From an uncultured Clostridia bacterium (lineage in GTDB: Bacteria > Bacillota > Clostridia > Oscillospirales > CAG-272), in assembly GCA_937875545.1 (NCBI GenBank), contig CALLYE010000122.1, positions 1-59,137 on the forward strand: a stretch of DNA of 59,137 nucleotides, read 5' to 3'. Shown here piece by piece: positions 7,632-16,503 of this stretch. The notes below the pieces were generated by a model. The model saw only the letters and a program-made list of their open reading frames with translations, was not told the origin of the DNA and did no database searches. A program made the translations under genes and the position numbers. How positions within the stretch are numbered: position 1 is the stretch's first letter; each line of letters begins with the position of its first letter.

Positions 7632-8993
7632 ATGTTAAAAAACGCGGAAAAAACAGCGCTCACCATTGGTTTGGCAACGGGTCTGTCGCTGCTCATCCGC
7701 CGTTTAGGCGTAAGCAACGAAAGCATCATTATGGTGTTTTTGCTCGGTGTATTGTTTACGGCGATACTAACCAGCAGCCGGAGATGGGCAATCGGAGCGG
7801 CGCTTATCAGCGCTCTCCTGTTCAACTTTCTGTTTACACGGCCTATTTATTCTTTCTTTATATATCACACAGACGATATAATGCTGCTTGTGTTCTTCCT
7901 GACGACCGGAATTGTTTCCGGCACAATTACTTCCCGTTTGCAGATGGAGATGCGGCTGGCAGGTCAAAACGAGAGAACAGCCCAAACTATGTATCGGATT
8001 ACCTCCGGCTTTCTTTCTGTCAGCGGGAGGGAAAACCTCGCCAAAAAAGCCGAGATGCTCGTGCAGGAATATACGGGACTGCACTGCACGGTCCATTTAG
8101 ATTCGACAAAATTCGGTAAAGACGGCAAGGGCTTTGAAATCAACGGAGGCACCGGCGCGTTGGGCAGAATGGAAATTTTAGACGGAGAGCCGGGCAGACA
8201 GCAGCTTTTGATCGTGCAGGCGGTCTGTACGCAACTGGGTATTGTGCTGGAGCGAGAAACTCTGGTGACTGACCGCGAAAAAATCCGGCTGGCTATGGAA
8301 CGGGAGCAGCAACGCGGCACGCTTCTCCGTTCTATCGCGCACGATCTCAGAAGTCCGCTCACCGCCCTTTCCGGAGCCGGGAATCTGCTTGCGGATAATT
8401 ATGAGGCGCTTTCCGATTCCGAACGTAAAAAGCTTGCCTCCGATATCAGCGAAGAAATCGTGTGGCTGACAGACCTTGTGGAAAACATCCTCAGCATGAC
8501 GCGCATCAGCGAACAAAAGCTTGTACTGCACAAGCAGGACGAAGTGATTGACGATGTAATCGGCGAAGCCGTGAAGCATACGGAGCGGCTGCTAGGCGGT
8601 AGGCGCATTGAAGTAAAGCTGCCCGACGAGGTGGTAACGGCGCCCATGGACGGCAAGCTGATTGCGCAGGTAATCATAAACCTTTTAGAAAATGCCGCCC
8701 GCCATACGCCGCCGGAAAGCAATATAAAACTGACTGCGGAGTCCGGCAAGTATCTGACCGTTTCGGTAGCCGATACGGGGCAAGGCGTCCCGGACGCTAT
8801 CCGCGGTCGTCTGTTTGAAAGTTTTGTGACACGGGAAAAAGAGATTGCGGACGGACGCCGGGGGTTGGGGCTCGGTCTTTCCATTTGCAAAGCTATCGTG
8901 GAGGCTCACGGCGGGGAGATTTTTGTATCTGACAACAGTCCCACGGGTTCTATATTTACCTTCACACTGCCAAAAGGAGATAACTATGAATGA
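7632..8993 (+). CDS. Sensor histidine kinase, KdpD C-terminal type (DUF4118 membrane domain plus HisKA plus HATPase), lacking the N-terminal KdpD/Usp domains
   Basis: 453 aa. Four-TM N-terminus, H-box SIAHDLRSPLTAL, N-box INLLENAARHTP, G-boxes DTGQGV and GLGLGLSICK. Confidence 0.85.
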   Translation: MLKNAEKTALTIGLATGLSLLIRRLGVSNESIIMVFLLGVLFTAILTSSRRWAIGAALISALLFNFLFTRPIYSFFIYHTDDIMLLVFFLTTGIVSGTITSRLQMEMRLAGQNERTAQTMYRITSGFLSVSGRENLAKKAEMLVQEYTGLHCTVHLDSTKFGKDGKGFEINGGTGALGRMEILDGEPGRQQLLIVQAVCTQLGIVLERETLVTDREKIRLAMEREQQRGTLLRSIAHDLRSPLTALSGAGNLLADNYEALSDSERKKLASDISEEIVWLTDLVENILSMTRISEQKLVLHKQDEVIDDVIGEAVKHTERLLGGRRIEVKLPDEVVTAPMDGKLIAQVIINLLENAARHTPPESNIKLTAESGKYLTVSVADTGQGVPDAIRGRLFESFVTREKEIADGRRGLGLGLSICKAIVEAHGGEIFVSDNSPTGSIFTFTLPKGDNYE

Positions 8994-9675
8994 TAAACGC
9001 ACAATTCTTGTTATCGAGGACGATAAGTACATTTCGCATTTTATCGACATATCGCTTTCAAAAGAAAATTACAATGTGCTGGTCGCTGAAACGGCTGCCG
9101 AGGGGATGTTTATTTTTTCATCCTATCGGCCGGATATTGTCCTTTTGGACCTCGGTCTGCCGGATAGGGACGGCGTAGACCTGCTTTCAGAGCTGCGTAC
9201 ATTTTCCGACGCGCCGGTGTTGATCGTCTCGGCGCGGGGGCAGGAAAAAGAAAAAATCGCGGCGCTTGATATTGGCGCCAACGATTATATTACAAAACCT
9301 TTTCATATGGGCGAGCTTATGGCACGCATCCGCGTGGCGGAACGCTCCCTGCAAAAGGTCGGGGGCGACGCGGGCACGATATTTACCTGCGATTGGCTTA
9401 CGGTAGATTATGAAAAGCGCAGGGTGCTTGTGGAGGACGTTGAAATTCATCTGACCCCGACGGAGTATAAAACCCTGCTTCTGCTGATTGCCAACCGTGG
9501 CAAGGTGCTTACTCACAACTATATTATCCGGAAAATTTGGGGCTATGATGGCGGCGACAGTAAAAGTGTGCGGGTATTTATGGCAAACCTTCGCCGGAAG
9601 CTGGAAAAAGACACCGCCCATCCGCGCTTTATTTTAACCGAGGTAGGCGTAGGCTATCGTTTTGCCGACGAATAG
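8986..9675 (+). CDS. OmpR/KdpE-family response regulator
   Basis: ATG 8986 follows AAGGAGA and overlaps the kinase stop by 8 nt. Receiver domain (ILVIEDD...LLDLGLPD...K) plus winged-helix (LTPTEYKTLLLL...GVGYRF). Confidence 0.9.
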   Translation: MNDKRTILVIEDDKYISHFIDISLSKENYNVLVAETAAEGMFIFSSYRPDIVLLDLGLPDRDGVDLLSELRTFSDAPVLIVSARGQEKEKIAALDIGANDYITKPFHMGELMARIRVAERSLQKVGGDAGTIFTCDWLTVDYEKRRVLVEDVEIHLTPTEYKTLLLLIANRGKVLTHNYIIRKIWGYDGGDSKSVRVFMANLRRKLEKDTAHPRFILTEVGVGYRFADE

Positions 9676-9736
9676 GCAAATAAATTTTTTTTTATAGAAA
9701 ATGTTGTTTATTGCGGGACTGCTCGAACATAACTAC

Positions 9737-9783
9737 TAAAAAATCACCCTGCCGCGGGTTATCGCCTCGGCAGGGTGATTTTT
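9737..9783. terminator. Bidirectional rho-independent terminator between the ktr/TCS operon and the convergent ABC operon
   Basis: aaaaaatcaccctgccg ... cggcagggtgatttttt: 12-bp GC-rich stem flanked by A and T runs. Confidence 0.8.
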
Positions 9784-9797
9784 ATTTGAACTTGCGG

Positions 9798-10484
9798 TCA
9801 ATCCAGCTCACATATTCCCTTGGGTTGCGCGTTTTCGATCGTTCCCCCGAGTTGAAGCCGTTCACCGCCAAGCTGAGCGGTGACGGCGGGGCTGTGCGTT
9901 ACGACAATCAGCGTTGCATTTCCCTGACGCGTTTTAATAAAATCGAGCGCTGCCTCGCGCGTATCGGCGTCCAGCCCGGCAGTCGGTTCGTCGAGCAGTA
10001 TAACCGGGCGCTCCGCCGCGAAGGCGCGCGCGATCGAAACGCGCCGCTTCATACCGCCGGAAAATGTTTGCACCAGTTTAACGATCGCGTCATCATCCAG
10101 TCCCAGCGCGAGCAGTAACTCCCGCGCGGCATGGGTGGGCGGCGTTTTTTGCAGAGCGGGAGCGCTTTTCTCAAAAAGATTTCCCTGTCGCTTATGCCGC
10201 TCGCGTCGGGGAACGACGCAGGTAATATTATCGAGCGCGGAAAATTCCTCGAACAGCCTGTCGTCGGAGAACGAAAACGCGCAATTATGCAGTCCGCCGC
10301 CGGTGATAATGCCGCTGTCGGGCAGTTCCAGTCCGGCGATCATACGCAGCAGCGTGGTCTTGCCGCAGCCGGAGGGGCCGGTTATAACCGTTACCGAGCC
10401 GTTTTTGAAAGTGTGGGAAAATCCGTCATGTACGATATTCCCGCCGTATGTTTTGCGAATATCGCGGCATATAATGTCAGCCAT
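9798..10484 (-). CDS. ABC transporter ATP-binding protein
   Basis: Walker A GPSGCGKTT, signature FSGGMKRRVSIARA, Walker B ILLDEPTAGLD. Confidence 0.9.
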   Translation of the reverse strand: MADIICRDIRKTYGGNIVHDGFSHTFKNGSVTVITGPSGCGKTTLLRMIAGLELPDSGIITGGGLHNCAFSFSDDRLFEEFSALDNITCVVPRRERHKRQGNLFEKSAPALQKTPPTHAARELLLALGLDDDAIVKLVQTFSGGMKRRVSIARAFAAERPVILLDEPTAGLDADTREAALDFIKTRQGNATLIVVTHSPAVTAQLGGERLQLGGTIENAQPKGICELD

Positions 10485-11298
10485 CGCTCCGCTCCTTTCC
10501 GCTTACGTTTGATTGTGGGCGAAATTTTCCGCCCAGCCGGTCGAACGCCAGCTTGACCGCGCCTTCGAGCAGCAGGCTGAGCAGGATAACCGCCAGTGTC
10601 CACGCGAACAGGTCGGCTGTCTCAAGATACAGTTTTGTTTCATAAAGCCTGCGCCCTATCGACGCCTTCGGCGTGCAGATAATCTCGGCGGCGATCCCGG
10701 ATTTCCACGCCAGACCGAGAGCGGTAACGCACGCGCCCGAGAATTGCGGTAATATGGCGGGGAAGTATAAAAATTTCAGTTGCGCGAAAGGCTTCAGCGC
10801 GAAAAGCCGTGCCGCTTCGGTCAACTTTGGATCAACGGAATCCGCTGCGGAGGTCACCGAACCATAAATAATGGGCAGCACCATGAGCATGGAAATAAAT
10901 TGCGGCACACGGTCTGTTTTGATCCAAACCAGAGCCAGCAGGATGAACGAAGCTACCGGTGTCGCCTTGACCACCGTGATAAATGGTGCGATCAGCGCGC
11001 GCGCGGGTTTAATTCGCGCCGCCGCGGCGAGTGCAAGCCCGACCGCAATACCGTAGGTATAACCTGTGACAATACGTACCAGCGACGACAGCGCGTCGCG
11101 CCAAAACCCGGCCGTCGCCGCCAGTTCGATGAGGCGCGACAATGTTTCGGCGGGCGAAACAACCAATAATTTGCTGCCGGTAAGCAGCGCGCAGAGCCAC
11201 CAAACCGCAAGCCAAAATGCCGCGGGTAAAATTATCCGCGGCATTAATTTAATAAATTTTGCAAATTTATTTGTCATATCTCGTATGGGCGAAAACAA
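10477..11298 (-). CDS. ABC transporter permease (NitT/TauT-like)
   Basis: 273-aa polytopic ORF overlapping the ATPase gene by 8 nt, with an EAA-like loop (LTEAARLFALKPF). Confidence 0.85.
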   Translation of the reverse strand: MFSPIRDMTNKFAKFIKLMPRIILPAAFWLAVWWLCALLTGSKLLVVSPAETLSRLIELAATAGFWRDALSSLVRIVTGYTYGIAVGLALAAAARIKPARALIAPFITVVKATPVASFILLALVWIKTDRVPQFISMLMVLPIIYGSVTSAADSVDPKLTEAARLFALKPFAQLKFLYFPAILPQFSGACVTALGLAWKSGIAAEIICTPKASIGRRLYETKLYLETADLFAWTLAVILLSLLLEGAVKLAFDRLGGKFRPQSNVSGKERSDG

Positions 11299-11355
11299 TT
11301 TTTAATCGGGCGCCAATGTGTATACACGCCCCGCTTGCAAAATCACGCTGTCCTG

Positions 11356-12426
11356 TTATTTGGAATAATAAAAATCATCGCCCGGCAGCTTACCGCCTAT
11401 AGCTTTGGGATTAAAGCTGTTTAATATATCAAGGAACGCGGCGACGTCGGTTTTGCTGTCGGCGGCGCTGCGGTAAACGATGTTGCAGCGGGGCAGCGCC
11501 TTTTCCGCGATCGCGGCTTTGGGCAGCACACCGTTCTTTTCAATGAGCTTTGCCGCGTCGGGTATATTGGCGTTTACATAATCGACCGACGTTTTATATT
11601 CGTCAAGGAAAGCGGCTACGGCTTCGGGATGCGCTTTAGCAAATTCGGTGCGCACCACAACACAGCCCTGTATGACCGGCGCGCCAGTCAGCTTCTGCCA
11701 TTCGGCGTTCATGTCAAGCGCAACACGCACATCGGTATTGCCGGACAGCACCGCGGTCACGTTCGGTTCGGGCAGCATTCCTATCGCAACATCGTTTGAG
11801 GTCATGGCAGCCGCAAGCTCGGCGTGCTCTGCTTTAAATTCGATGGTTACATCTTTGTCGGGATCAATGCCGTTTTGTGAAAGCACATAACGCAGGATAT
11901 ATTCGGGTGTCGAGCCTTGTCCGGTCGCGTAAATCGTCTTGCCGCGCAGGTCGGCGACGCTTGTTATCGTATCGCCTTTTTCCAGCATATACAATACGCC
12001 GAGCGTGTTCACCGCCGCGAGCTGGACTTTGCCTTCGGTTTTATTATAAAGCACCGAAGCGAGGTTCAGCGGCAGCGCCGCGAGGTCGGTCGAACCGCTT
12101 ATCAGTTCTGCGGTGACGTTGTCGGGCGCGGATGAAAGCGTGAAGTTGTAATCGTTTGACGCCGTACCCGCGGCGTTGTCCTCCATGAGCTTCACAAGAC
12201 CCATGCCGGTTGGTCCGATAAGCGCGGTTATGTTGACTTTTGTCTTTTCGGGCGCGGTGGTTTCCGCGGATGTAGTTTCCCCGGCTGTGATTTCAGAGGT
12301 TGTCTCGCCGGCTGTATCCGTGCCGGTCAGGCTGGAGTTATTGTTCCCGCTCGCGCAGGAAGAAAAAGACACAGCGATCACGACGGCTGCGATAGCTAAT
12401 ATAAAGATAGAAAGAAACTTTTTCAA
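11356..12426 (-). CDS. ABC transporter substrate-binding lipoprotein (NMT1/SsuA-like)
   Basis: TTG start. Signal peptide plus lipobox SFSSC, a Thr/Glu-rich linker (AGETTSEITAGETTSAETT), then a periplasmic-binding fold. Confidence 0.8.
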   Translation of the reverse strand: MKKFLSIFILAIAAVVIAVSFSSCASGNNNSSLTGTDTAGETTSEITAGETTSAETTAPEKTKVNITALIGPTGMGLVKLMEDNAAGTASNDYNFTLSSAPDNVTAELISGSTDLAALPLNLASVLYNKTEGKVQLAAVNTLGVLYMLEKGDTITSVADLRGKTIYATGQGSTPEYILRYVLSQNGIDPDKDVTIEFKAEHAELAAAMTSNDVAIGMLPEPNVTAVLSGNTDVRVALDMNAEWQKLTGAPVIQGCVVVRTEFAKAHPEAVAAFLDEYKTSVDYVNANIPDAAKLIEKNGVLPKAAIAEKALPRCNIVYRSAADSKTDVAAFLDILNSFNPKAIGGKLPGDDFYYSK

Positions 12427-12592
12427 TGTGGATGCCCCATTTCAATTTTTAATATTATTGATTCTATGTCCTTTATAATACCATACTCAGGAGATTTTTT
12501 CTATCAACATATTGTTAAATATATGAACATACGGTAAAAATACTATACTAAAAAGGTATACAATGTCGATAACGGCAATAACGTGCAGAATC

Positions 12593-12621
12593 TTGCAATC
12601 ATAGTTTGGATATGGTATAAT
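12593..12621 (+). promoter_or_regulatory. Sigma-70-type promoter for the 12676 gene
   Basis: TTGCAA, 17-nt spacer, tggTATAAT (12616-12621). Confidence 0.5.
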
Positions 12622-12675
12622 TAGAGCAGCGAATTAAAAAAGCAAATAAATTATAACTCTAAAAATATTTATTTT

Positions 12676-13653
12676 ATGAATGATTTTATAAAAAACCTTG
12701 ATTTAAAAGAAATCGATGAATTTGAAAAATCTACGCGGGACAGATTAAATTTTTATACAATGAAGCTCGCGGAGAATGAGAATTTATCACCATACGAACG
12801 TGCGGCGCTCCGCTCCAAAATCCGCAGCGATACCGCGCAGATTAAAAAGTGGCGATTTAAAATGTGGCAAACGGTGAATAAACTGGGCGAGCCGCTGGAT
12901 GAAGTCGAAACGAGCCTGCGCGAATTGGAAGGACTGGAAAAACGCCATCTTTGGCTGCTTAAAACACCGCCGAACGCGTTGATCGATTACGAGGAACAAA
13001 AAACGCACCATTTTGCGCAAGGCATTTCTTTTTATAAATTGTTTTGGATGCTTTTTTTCGGCAGCTTCGTCGGCGTTGGCATAGAAGTGTTGTGGTGTCT
13101 GTTAAAAAACGGATATATTGAAAATCGAACAGGTCTTGTATATGGCCCGTTTAATCTTGTTTATGGGTTTGGCGCGGTTGCGTTAACGCTGGCGCTGTTT
13201 AAATACCGCAATCGCAGCAAGTGGTATTCATTCATCGGAGGCGCGATAGCGGGCAGTGTTGTTGAATATTCGTGCTCGCTGTTTCAAGAAACGTTTTTAG
13301 GCTCGACCTCTTGGGATTACAGCAGTAAACCGTTTAATATAAACGGCAGGATCTGCCCCGAATACGCATTGTACTGGGGTATATTGGGCGTATTTTGGAT
13401 CAAGTGGCTCTACCCGCGTTTAGCGCAGCTAATAATGAAAATTCCCAACAAAAGCGGCAAGGTGATAACATGGGTGCTGCTTTCGTTCATGCTCGTCAAC
13501 ACTGTTGTTTCCGCCGCCGCCGTATACCGCTGGAAGGAGCGCACTTCGGGTGAATCTCCGTCGAATGCGATTGAAGAGCTGCTCGACGACCGTTTTGATG
13601 ATAAACGTATGGAGAGCATATACCCGACGCTTAAATTCGGATACGGAGAATAA
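12676..13653 (+). CDS. Membrane protein of the 'putative ABC-transporter type IV' (PF06541-like) family with an N-terminal coiled-coil extension
   Basis: 325 aa. About 110 aa of charged N-terminus, then TM segments with family-like motifs (GLVYGPFNLVYGFGA, WDYSSKPFNINGRICPEY). Confidence 0.65.
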   Translation: MNDFIKNLDLKEIDEFEKSTRDRLNFYTMKLAENENLSPYERAALRSKIRSDTAQIKKWRFKMWQTVNKLGEPLDEVETSLRELEGLEKRHLWLLKTPPNALIDYEEQKTHHFAQGISFYKLFWMLFFGSFVGVGIEVLWCLLKNGYIENRTGLVYGPFNLVYGFGAVALTLALFKYRNRSKWYSFIGGAIAGSVVEYSCSLFQETFLGSTSWDYSSKPFNINGRICPEYALYWGILGVFWIKWLYPRLAQLIMKIPNKSGKVITWVLLSFMLVNTVVSAAAVYRWKERTSGESPSNAIEELLDDRFDDKRMESIYPTLKFGYGE

Positions 13654-13769
13654 ATATTCCATACATAATTAAAAATTATTTAATATACTATAGTGTGAAA
13701 ATACCCGACGCGCAAAGAGCCGCCTCGCCGTGCGGTTAATAATAATTATTATATTGAAAGAAATTATTT

Positions 13770-14129
13770 ATGGGCTGTATAGGCAATATTGTTTGGTTCT
13801 TTTTAGGCGGCGCTGTGCTCGGGCTGGGCTGGGCGCTTGCGGGCGTCGTGTGCTGTATCACGATTGTTGGCATCCCGCTCGGCATCCAATGCTTTAAATT
13901 CGCGCGGCTGAGTTTTTTCCCGTTCGGGCGCGAGATAGAGTTTGGCGGCGGTTCACCGTCGCTTATCGCCAATATCATCTGGCTGATTTTCTGCGGCTTG
14001 CCGCTCGCCTGCACATCCGCCGTGATTGGACTGGTGTTCTGCGTTACGATTATTGGCATCCCGTTCGGGCTGCAATGCTTCAAGCTCGCTAAACTGGCGA
14101 TAATGCCGTTCGGCGCGAAGATTAAATAA
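13770..14129 (+). CDS. yccF: YccF-family inner membrane protein
   Basis: 119 aa with two YccF repeats (ITIVGIPLGIQCFKFARLSFFPFG and VTIIGIPFGLQCFKLAKLAIMPFG). Confidence 0.85.
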   Translation: MGCIGNIVWFFLGGAVLGLGWALAGVVCCITIVGIPLGIQCFKFARLSFFPFGREIEFGGGSPSLIANIIWLIFCGLPLACTSAVIGLVFCVTIIGIPFGLQCFKLAKLAIMPFGAKIK

Positions 14130-14137
14130 AAAACAGA

Positions 14138-14172
14138 GCCGCCGGTGTGGGTATTTTACCCGCGCCGGCGGT
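14138..14172. terminator. Hairpin terminator between convergent yccF and the solute-binding protein gene
   Basis: gccgccggtgtgggta-tttt-acccgcgccggcgg stem, with an A run upstream that serves as the T run for the minus-strand gene. Confidence 0.6.
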
Positions 14173-14194
14173 GTTATTACGATATGCCGTAAAT

Positions 14195-15670
14195 TTAGGC
14201 TTCGACACCCTCGAGCCACGATTTAATTGTTTTATCCATCATCTTTTCGGCGGCTCTTTCGCTCCTTGCAAATTTAGAGGCGAAATCGCCCTTGCCGCTG
14301 GTCAGACAGGTTCGGAAGTTTTCAAACAGATCTCCCCAGCCGTAAATATAACCGATGTCAAAGTTGCGGGTTCTCAAAATTATATCAAGCATCTCGGCGG
14401 ATTCGTTATCGCGCATGAATTTACCTTGCAGACAGACGTCATAATACGCTTTCCGCAGGGTATATTTGGATTTTGCGGTCATGGCTTCAAGTATAATGCC
14501 GGTTTTATCCAGATCATTATTTGTCACCGGAATGCTCAGCATTGCGGCGGTGGTATGTATGAAGTGATTGTAACTCGCCTGATTTTCGTCAAGTTTTGGG
14601 AAGGGTATAACGCCGAAGTCGATTTCCATCGCGCGCAGGCGGATTATACACTGCATCACTTCGCCGTAGAACAGCGCGCGTCCGCTTTGGAATACAGGCT
14701 GCATCTGCGTTACCGCGTTCAGCGACTGTACCGAGCCGTTGACTACAATATCACGATTTCCCATTAATTCGTGCGCCGCTTCGAGCACAGAGAGCGCGCG
14801 TTCGCTCATCATTGTGATAGCGGGCATGTCGTTATCGTCTTTAGTTATGATATTACAGCCCGAACCAAAGAAAAATCCCTCACAGGACGATCCGTGGGTT
14901 ACAAATCCATATTTGTCGGTAGTATATTTCATAACGCCGTCGCCGTTTTCGTCGTTTGAGGCGCCTTTTGCCATTTCGAGCATCTTTTCGATAGTCCATT
15001 TATTATTCCGCACCAAATCATAAGGCGATTCGAATTTCAAATCTCCGATCATCGGCTTATTAAACATGAGTATCCAAGTCGCGTCGTTTGCCATTATCGA
15101 AAGATCGCCTGTGCAGAAGTATAATTTTCCGCCGATAGAGAGCTGCGACACCGAACGCTGATCCCACCATTCTTTGGTTAAATCCATATAAGGAATGGTG
15201 TGGAGGTCAAATAAATATTTTTGGCTGGCAAGCGAGGCGGTTGCTCCGGTATCCGCCATCACCGCGTCATAATCGTCGGATGCGGTAGCGATAGTTTTGC
15301 GCGCGTCTGCTCCCACATCACGGGAACCGTATTCGCGGATTTTAATATTGTATTTTTCTTCAAGGTAGAGATTCCTTTCGTAAACAGCATCCGCGATCGG
15401 CTCACTTTTTTGCTGTTCGACGTAAATATCCTGACTCATCCATTCGTTATAAGCAGGACCGCGTACCAAAAATACAAATTTTTCGCCATTAAACATAACA
15501 TCTGGTAAATCGGGCTTCAATTCGGCTGTGGAATCCGCTTCATTTGTTTCGGAAAGCGAATTTATTGTGTCATTGTTTAATTTGCCCGTTTTGTTGTCTG
15601 CACAGCCGAAACATATGAAGACAATGGCTGTTGTGGCGAGTAAAATGGGGATATGTTTTAAAAAGCGCAT
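14195..15670 (-). CDS. Extracellular solute-binding lipoprotein (ABC sugar-type), orphan
   Basis: ATG 15670 preceded by GAGGAGG. Signal peptide plus lipobox FGCADN. About 490 aa. No permease or ATPase gene is adjacent. Confidence 0.8.
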   Translation of the reverse strand: MRFLKHIPILLATTAIVFICFGCADNKTGKLNNDTINSLSETNEADSTAELKPDLPDVMFNGEKFVFLVRGPAYNEWMSQDIYVEQQKSEPIADAVYERNLYLEEKYNIKIREYGSRDVGADARKTIATASDDYDAVMADTGATASLASQKYLFDLHTIPYMDLTKEWWDQRSVSQLSIGGKLYFCTGDLSIMANDATWILMFNKPMIGDLKFESPYDLVRNNKWTIEKMLEMAKGASNDENGDGVMKYTTDKYGFVTHGSSCEGFFFGSGCNIITKDDNDMPAITMMSERALSVLEAAHELMGNRDIVVNGSVQSLNAVTQMQPVFQSGRALFYGEVMQCIIRLRAMEIDFGVIPFPKLDENQASYNHFIHTTAAMLSIPVTNNDLDKTGIILEAMTAKSKYTLRKAYYDVCLQGKFMRDNESAEMLDIILRTRNFDIGYIYGWGDLFENFRTCLTSGKGDFASKFARSERAAEKMMDKTIKSWLEGVEA

Positions 15671-15836
15671 GGCAACCTCCTCAAAATAAGTTATTAATGA
15701 CAATTACACTAACGGCTGTCGGTAATATTATACATATAGTATTAGATAAAAGCAATATATATTTAAAATAAATTAATAAAATATGCAGCAGTTTATCACA
15801 CGCAGACGGCAAAAAGAACAAAATTATTTTTACCCC

Positions 15837-15865
15837 TTGACGAAAGCCGGTTTATATGGTATAAT
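15837..15865 (+). promoter_or_regulatory. Sigma-70-type promoter for tRNA-Pro
   Basis: TTGACG, 17-nt spacer, tggTATAAT (15860-15865), about 40 nt upstream of the tRNA. Confidence 0.6.
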
Positions 15866-15906
15866 TGTCAACGCTTAAGACATAGAATATGTCGGCAAAA
15901 TTGTAT

Positions 15907-15982
15907 CTGGGTGTGGCGCAGTTGGTAGCGCGCTACCTTGGGGTGGTAGAGGCCGCAGGTTCAAATCCTGTCACTCAGACCA
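15907..15982 (+). tRNA. tRNA-Pro (anticodon GGG), CCA encoded
   Basis: Hand-folded cloverleaf. Acceptor ctgggtg/cactcag, D stem gcgc/gcgc, anticodon stem ctacc/ggtag with loop ttGGGgt, T arm gcagg-ttcaaat-cctgt, discriminator A plus CCA. 76 nt. Confidence 0.9.
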
Positions 15983-16000
15983 GAAATTTTATATGGATAT

Positions 16001-16041
16001 AAATGCCATGCGGGTTTCCCCGCATGGCATTTATATTTTTT
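16001..16041 (+). terminator. Rho-independent terminator after tRNA-Pro
   Basis: aaatgccatgcggg-tttc-cccgcatggcattt (14-bp stem) followed by atatttttt. Confidence 0.85.
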
Positions 16042-16116
16042 GGCAGTATAAAATCCATTTTATTTATTTCTGTATAAATATAAACAAATTATCCAACATA
16101 ATTCGAAAAGAAATGA

Positions 16117-16159
16117 CAATATATTCTTTATACGCAATGAATTGCCAATATATTCTTTA
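16117..16159. repeat. Two 14-bp direct repeats upstream of the flagellar promoter
   Basis: caatatattcttta at 16117-16130 and 16146-16159 (29-bp period), flanking the palindrome gcaatgaattgc. Confidence 0.8.
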
Positions 16160-16206
16160 GTTGATTTTATATTTTGTCGAATATTTGATTATTTTGAATA
16201 TTTGTG

Positions 16207-16235
16207 TTGACTTTTTCAAAATCATTATGTATAAT
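16207..16235 (+). promoter_or_regulatory. Sigma-A-type promoter of the main flagellar operon
   Basis: TTGACT (16207-16212), 17-nt spacer, TATAAT (16230-16235). Predicts a ~330-nt leader before flgB. Confidence 0.55.
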
Positions 16236-16304
16236 AATTTAAAATAGTTTAGAGGGCAAATTTTCCATAGATAGAATCTATAACTATGAATTTATGAACG
16301 CATG

Positions 16305-16338
16305 CGATAATTGTTCGTTGTCGATAATTGTTCGTTGT
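16305..16338 (+). repeat. Perfect tandem 17-bp repeat in the flgB leader
   Basis: cgataattgttcgttgt at 16305-16321 and 16322-16338. Confidence 0.95.
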
Positions 16339-16344
16339 ATAACA

Positions 16345-16436
16345 AATATTTTGGTAAACCTGTTGAAAAGCAGGGACACAAAGCTATCGGGCCTAAAGAT
16401 TATTTAAATGAAATCTATGGCAGCCAGTTGCCGCAC
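16345..16436 (+). promoter_or_regulatory. c-di-GMP-I (GEMM-I) riboswitch aptamer
   Basis: GGTAAACC-TGTT-GAAA-AGCA-GGGACACAAAGC, tetraloop-receptor halves CCTAAAG / CTATGG, then CAGCCAGTTGCCG. This parallels Vc2/Cd1-type aptamers when aligned by eye. Confidence 0.8.
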
Positions 16437-16500
16437 GTATTCCGGTACGATTCACAACGATTTATTACGTTGTAAATCATTTCGGAGAAATACGTTTTTT
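16435..16500 (+). terminator. Long imperfect hairpin plus U-tract, candidate expression-platform terminator 1
   Basis: acgtatt/aatacgt base, ccg/cgg, gatt/aatc and acaacg/cgttgt helices, followed by tttttt (16495-16500). Confidence 0.5.
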
Positions 16501-16503
16501 ATT

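Noticed and set aside
8845-8985. The extended 276-aa version of the response-regulator ORF, starting at 8845.
   Set aside because: The extension overlaps the kinase C-terminus out of frame. The ATG at 8986 has an AAGGAGA RBS and gives a canonical receiver N-terminus (MNDKRTILVIEDD).
9711-10118. A 135-aa plus-strand ORF after the response regulator.
   Set aside because: It starts inside the bidirectional terminator and runs antisense through the ABC ATPase gene. It has no RBS and no motifs.
12427-12560. A TPP (THI-box) riboswitch upstream of the NMT1/THI5-like binding-protein gene.
   Set aside because: Only a CTGAGT resembling the CTGAGA core is present. No flanking conserved helices or an ACCTGATCTGGATAATGCCAGCG-like segment could be found on the minus strand.
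16305-16473. A C. difficile-style invertible 'flagellar switch' in the flgB leader.
   Set aside because: The only inverted matches are 7-8 bp perfect (tcgttgt/acaacga), far shorter than recombinase-type 21-bp repeats. No site-specific recombinase gene is in the window. The pairing is better explained at the RNA level.
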